Below are positions 59,945 to 64,000 of a stretch of DNA of 64,000 nucleotides, in pieces. Origin of the DNA: Chiloscyllium plagiosum. Taxonomy: Eukaryota. Each line of letters opens with the position of its first letter. Positions within the stretch are counted from its first letter, which is position 1. The stretch spans positions 78,365,960 to 78,429,959 of the forward strand of contig NC_057710.1 of NCBI RefSeq assembly GCF_004010195.1, written 5' to 3'. A program made the translations under genes and the position numbers. The notes below the pieces were generated by a model. The model was given only the letters and a program-made list of their open reading frames with translations. It had not been told where the DNA came from and did no database searches.

Positions 59945-60165
59945 AAAATGTGTGGTGCTGGAAAAGCACAGCAGGTCAGACAGCATCGAAGGAGTACGAG
60001 AGTCGACGTTTCAAGCAAAAACCCTTCATCACGAATTCCTGATGAAGAATGTATGCCTGAAACTTGGACTCTCCTGCTCCTCAGATGCTGCCTGACCTGC
60101 TGCATCTTTCCAGCACCACACTTTGCAAGTCTGACTCTCCAACATTTGCCGTCCTCATTTCTTCC
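59945..60165. mobile_element. Hairpin PLE mini-element (family A), HHR-derived motif on both strands
   Basis: ~170-bp imperfect palindrome centred on GAATTC (60033-60038) plus a 3' tail. TSD TTGGTCAA(A)GACATTG at 59927-59942 and 60166-60180. Confidence 0.9.
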
Positions 60166-61864
60166 TTGGTCAAGACATTGCCCTGAGAAATGGATATTTT
60201 GGTGAGTGGAAACAGGTGTTCTTTATGTATGTGTTCTTTATGTCTGCAAAAAACAGGGACTTGGATACGAATATATGTGGCTTTCAGTGCATGCAAGTAT
60301 ACCACACATAGAGCTCAACTGACAATATTAAAATGGTTTTTAGCATACATCTTCTCACACTCAGAAAATGTTGTCCAGTTGCAGAATCACATCCAGTACT
60401 GGATACTGTGTCACTGGTTTTTCAGGCATATACAGGTTAGACATGGGCAATCCCTTGCTTATTGCAAATAGCTAGGAATATGTTGTTTGATATGACCCAC
60501 TAGTCTTTGCCATGTATAACCTAACACCTGGCATCAAAGTGACACTGAAAATCGTATACTATGTTACACATTTTGTGATAGACAGAACACCTTTTTGGTT
60601 TAGTAGTAGCATTCACTTAGAGACTAATCACACCCATATTGCTACTACATTGTAGCAAATTGTACAGCTAGCTTCACCTGATTTAAGTATGACTTGATAG
60701 ATGATATTTTGGTTCATTTTTATTTAATAAGGTGGTCTTTAACTGAAACACAGGTATGTAATGTTACAGCTTTGTTTTAAACAATAGAACAAAAGCTATC
60801 TTGCAAAAACAATGAAGACAAAATAGAAAAAAAAAACCAAGTAAGTTACATATATCACAATTTGAGAGACTTCAAACATTAAAAGTAAAATGTCCTTTCA
60901 GTCACAACAGTGTACTTTTACAGTACTCAAATACAAGAGAGAATTCCCTCCTCAAATCTATGGTTTGACTTGACTGTTGTTTCAATTCCCAGTCTTGAGA
61001 GTTTGATAGCCTCTTTCTTGAGTATTCAAACAAACAGGTTAAAATTTCTCAGTTTCAAATAACCCCTTCAGGGTTCTAACCAAACATTTCTGGTCTGGAA
61101 TTTTCAAACTGGAACACTTACCCTGAACTAACTCCATTGCCTAGGAGACCCTGTTTCATACATACAACTTCAAACAGGACATCTGTGAACTGAAAATTAA
61201 AAGCTTTACAAGTTAACAGTTTTTATCCCTAAGCAAAAATAAGTCAATTGCTGATTCTTTTAACTTAAAGTAAACTAGTACTCTTCTTCAATATTTGTTC
61301 TGTTGCTTATGAAATTCTCCAATTGCAAACAAATTCCCATTACTATTCCAGGAAGCTTCTCTCTCTTAAAATAGTCCCTTCCTGCACAAATACTGATAAG
61401 TTTATCATTAAACCCTTCATACATACCAAGACCCAAGGCCACTAATTTAAAAATCAATTTCTAAACTAAATAATTAAAATATACATAAATCACCCACCTT
61501 ACACCACAGTTGTCAATTGAGTTCACAGTATGGTGTATTTGTGTATGCTGGAAGATACATGTATGAATAAACAAGGTCCAGTTATTTGTATACACAAAGA
61601 ACACCTATATGCACCATACCTCTTTCAACTCAATAAAACATGTAATAGCCATTTACTGATTCATTTGTCAGGGAAATGCCTTGATCAATCAGAATAATTC
61701 TGCCTGGTTTAAACTTTAAACATAGCCTGGCACTTAATTGTCAATAATAATTAATTCGTAGGTTCACTATGAAAATACCCTTAACAATCAGAAGTCAATT
61801 GCCATCCCATCAGCACTCCTGTTTCATGTAACTTTTGTAAATTGTTATGAAAAGTGCATGTAAA

Positions 61865-62340
61865 CATTTGAAGAAGGAACAAAATAAGGCCACTTGGCCC
61901 TTTGAGTCTGCTATGCCATTTAATAAGTTTATGGCTAGTTTGATTTGAACCTCAGCTTTGTATTCCTGCCTATCCCCAATAATTATTCATTCCTTTGGTA
62001 ATCAACCATTTCTTTCCCTCTGCTTTAAAATACTTAAATATTCTGCATCCACTACCTTTTGAGAAGTGAAATTCTAAAGAGCTACAATTCTGTGAGAGAA
62101 AAATTGTTTCCTTATCTCTTTTTTAAAACTGGTGTCCCCATATTTTTAAACTATCATCCCCAGTTTTCCCAAAAGAGGAAACATCATTTCAGCATCCATC
62201 TGGTCAAGTTCCCTCAGAATCTTATAATGATTCAATTCAATCGGGACTACATACTTTCGAGGATATAGTCCTACCCTGTCGAGCCTCTTCTCATAAGGTA
62301 ATTCACTCATTCTGGTTATCAGTTTAGTAAACTTTTGAGA
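61865..62340 (-). mobile_element. Decayed CR1 3' fragment
   Basis: FTKLITRMSELPYEKRLDRVGLY..YKILRELDQMDAEMMFPL. Confidence 0.8.
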
Positions 62341-62499
62341 TGAAAATATTTGACAAAATGTTTCAGTAATATTCATTAATTCCACGTGCAAGATCAATAG
62401 TCTTAGAGTGCAAATACAATCAATCAGCCAGGATGTCACAGATGTTCCATGTTGTACATGCTGATAATTGCGGATATCTTGGTACTCCATGACCTAGCA

Positions 62500-62822
62500 A
62501 TAGTCCCAATCCAAGAAATCAGTCAAGTTCCTGAATGTAAAATTAAAACAGACTACTGAAGCAAAACTCGCAGAATTGAATTTGAAGGAAAAACAGAACA
62601 CATCACTTGTATCTGAATTAGTGGGGCTAAAATCATAGCTGGAAAAATTTGAACTGCTCAAAAATAATTTGGGAATGGAATCGGATCATGGCTAATCTGA
62701 TACAAACTGTGACTGCAGAGCATCAAGATGTGCAAAACGTGGAACGGCAACTATAGTCCATGAAATAAAATTTGAACAACACAAGCAGGAACAACCTGCG
62801 CATTATAGAGACTCATAAGCTG
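62500..62822 (+). mobile_element. Possible LINE ORF1 remnant
   Basis: Coiled-coil-like stretch followed by SRNNLRII (AGCAGGAACAACCTGCGCATT), matching the L1-type ORF1 motif SRRNNLRI. Confidence 0.4.
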
Positions 62823-63156
62823 CTATTATAAATAATTAAACTTTATGTTGATGTGAGGGGTGTCTTTTACATGTAGATTGCTTTTAAGAGATTTTCCCTC
62901 TAAGGACTCCTTATGTGCAGTGTGTATACAATGTTGTGACTTTTCCAAGCAGTTAGACTGCTGTGAGTTTGCAAGTTCAGCAACAGAAACTAAATTTTGA
63001 TGTAATGTCTGCCTCACATCTGAAAGCGAGTTTTGTTGTTTTAAATAAACCAACCTATGGAGTTCATCAATCCCTGACAATGACGAGTGATTGATTATTA
63101 AACAGTTATCATTAATTTACCATCTGCACCTATTATTTTCATGCAGTAAACTATAT

Positions 63157-63265
63157 GATTAGATTAGATTACTTAGCTTAGATTACTTACAGTGTGGAAA
63201 CAGGCCCTTCGGCCCAACTAGTCCACACCGACCTGCTGAAGCGCGACCCATTCCCCTACATTTAC
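63157..63265 (-). mobile_element. HE1 SINE 3' fragment
   Basis: (TTAGA)n TTACTTACAGTGTGGAAACAGGCCCTTCGGCCCAAC..CCATTCCCCTACATTTAC. Confidence 0.88.
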
Positions 63266-64000
63266 ATATCTTCTTGTTAAGATTTGTACGCTGTCTCATT
63301 AAGATTCAATAGTAATTTATCCTCTACCACTGCTGGTTAGACAAGCCCTTAGACTCCATATAGGTTTGAGAATTGTGGCAACAATTCACTTGAGCCACAG
63401 TACACCAGTGGGGATGGGTACAGTAAATTATAGCAGCAATGATTATGTGAAATTTGGAAGCTGCAGCAGATTTCAAAGGGATAGCTATAGAATTCTGTTG
63501 CCTTTTCACATTGATGTTTCTGGACAGGGATAAAGACATTTACTTTCCTGAAACCTCGTGGCCCATCAGCCGCAATTATACTGCTGACAGAGCTGGGATG
63601 CAGCCTGAGGCAATAAAAATGGAGGGCAGTTGTCAAACTGGCAGTGACTGGCATCACTGCCCTAACAATTAGGATTGCCTGCTGATTTAGTTGAATAACT
63701 ATCTCCCTGATGTATCTCAGATTCCAGAGGCAGTATCCGACATTGCAAAGGAGCATTCCCTGAGCTATTAATGTGGAAATCTTTGACGTCTTTGACATTG
63801 TTTTTTGCCACTGCCTTGAACTTTTAGTCTGCATGAACTGATTGCTGCAATTGCTTTCTAATTCTGAGCTGATGAGAACTGAACACTGTTGCTCATTTCC
63901 TGTGAATAGCATTAATGTATTACAGGTGTAATGTATGAAGGCGACTATTAGCTGGGCTTGTCAATTCAAACTGACCCCTAACTTTTTAAAAATGTAGAAC

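Noticed and set aside
60690-61510. Possible solo LTR ending TTACACCACA
   Set aside because: No clear TG start, TSD or homologous copy.
63349-63912. 187-aa ORF on the minus strand
   Set aside because: No recognisable domain; at most faint resemblance to a decayed LINE endonuclease region, too weak to call.

Overview
This is repeat-dense, AT-rich eukaryotic DNA with two N gaps, and no intact protein-coding gene can be supported. The repeat set (HE1-type tRNA SINEs, HER1/CR1 LINEs, Deu-domain SINEs) points to a cartilaginous fish (shark); that assignment is inference. Nearly all ORFs in the track are decayed transposon fragments or chance ORFs. Main contents: (1) a decayed Gmr1-like Gypsy LTR element at 21166-27255(-) with TG..CA ends, a GTGG target-site duplication (TSD), a tRNA-Pro-like PBS and SCAN-like gag/PR/IN/RT order; (2) a near full-length decayed L1/Tx1-clade LINE at ~29110-35599(-); (3) a second very old Gypsy remnant; (4) many CR1/L2 fragments and SINEs; (5) about 18 Penelope-like element (PLE) insertions or fragments from at least three families. 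The strongest structural signal is that the PLE termini carry minimal type I hammerhead ribozyme (HHR) motifs whose stems co-vary between families. Several insertions consist only of HHR plus tail (~90-130 bp, with TSDs), or of back-to-back hairpins with an HHR-derived motif on each strand, and their 5' boundaries repeatedly fall at the HHR 5' arm. A few weak candidate host exons are flagged only as hypotheses.
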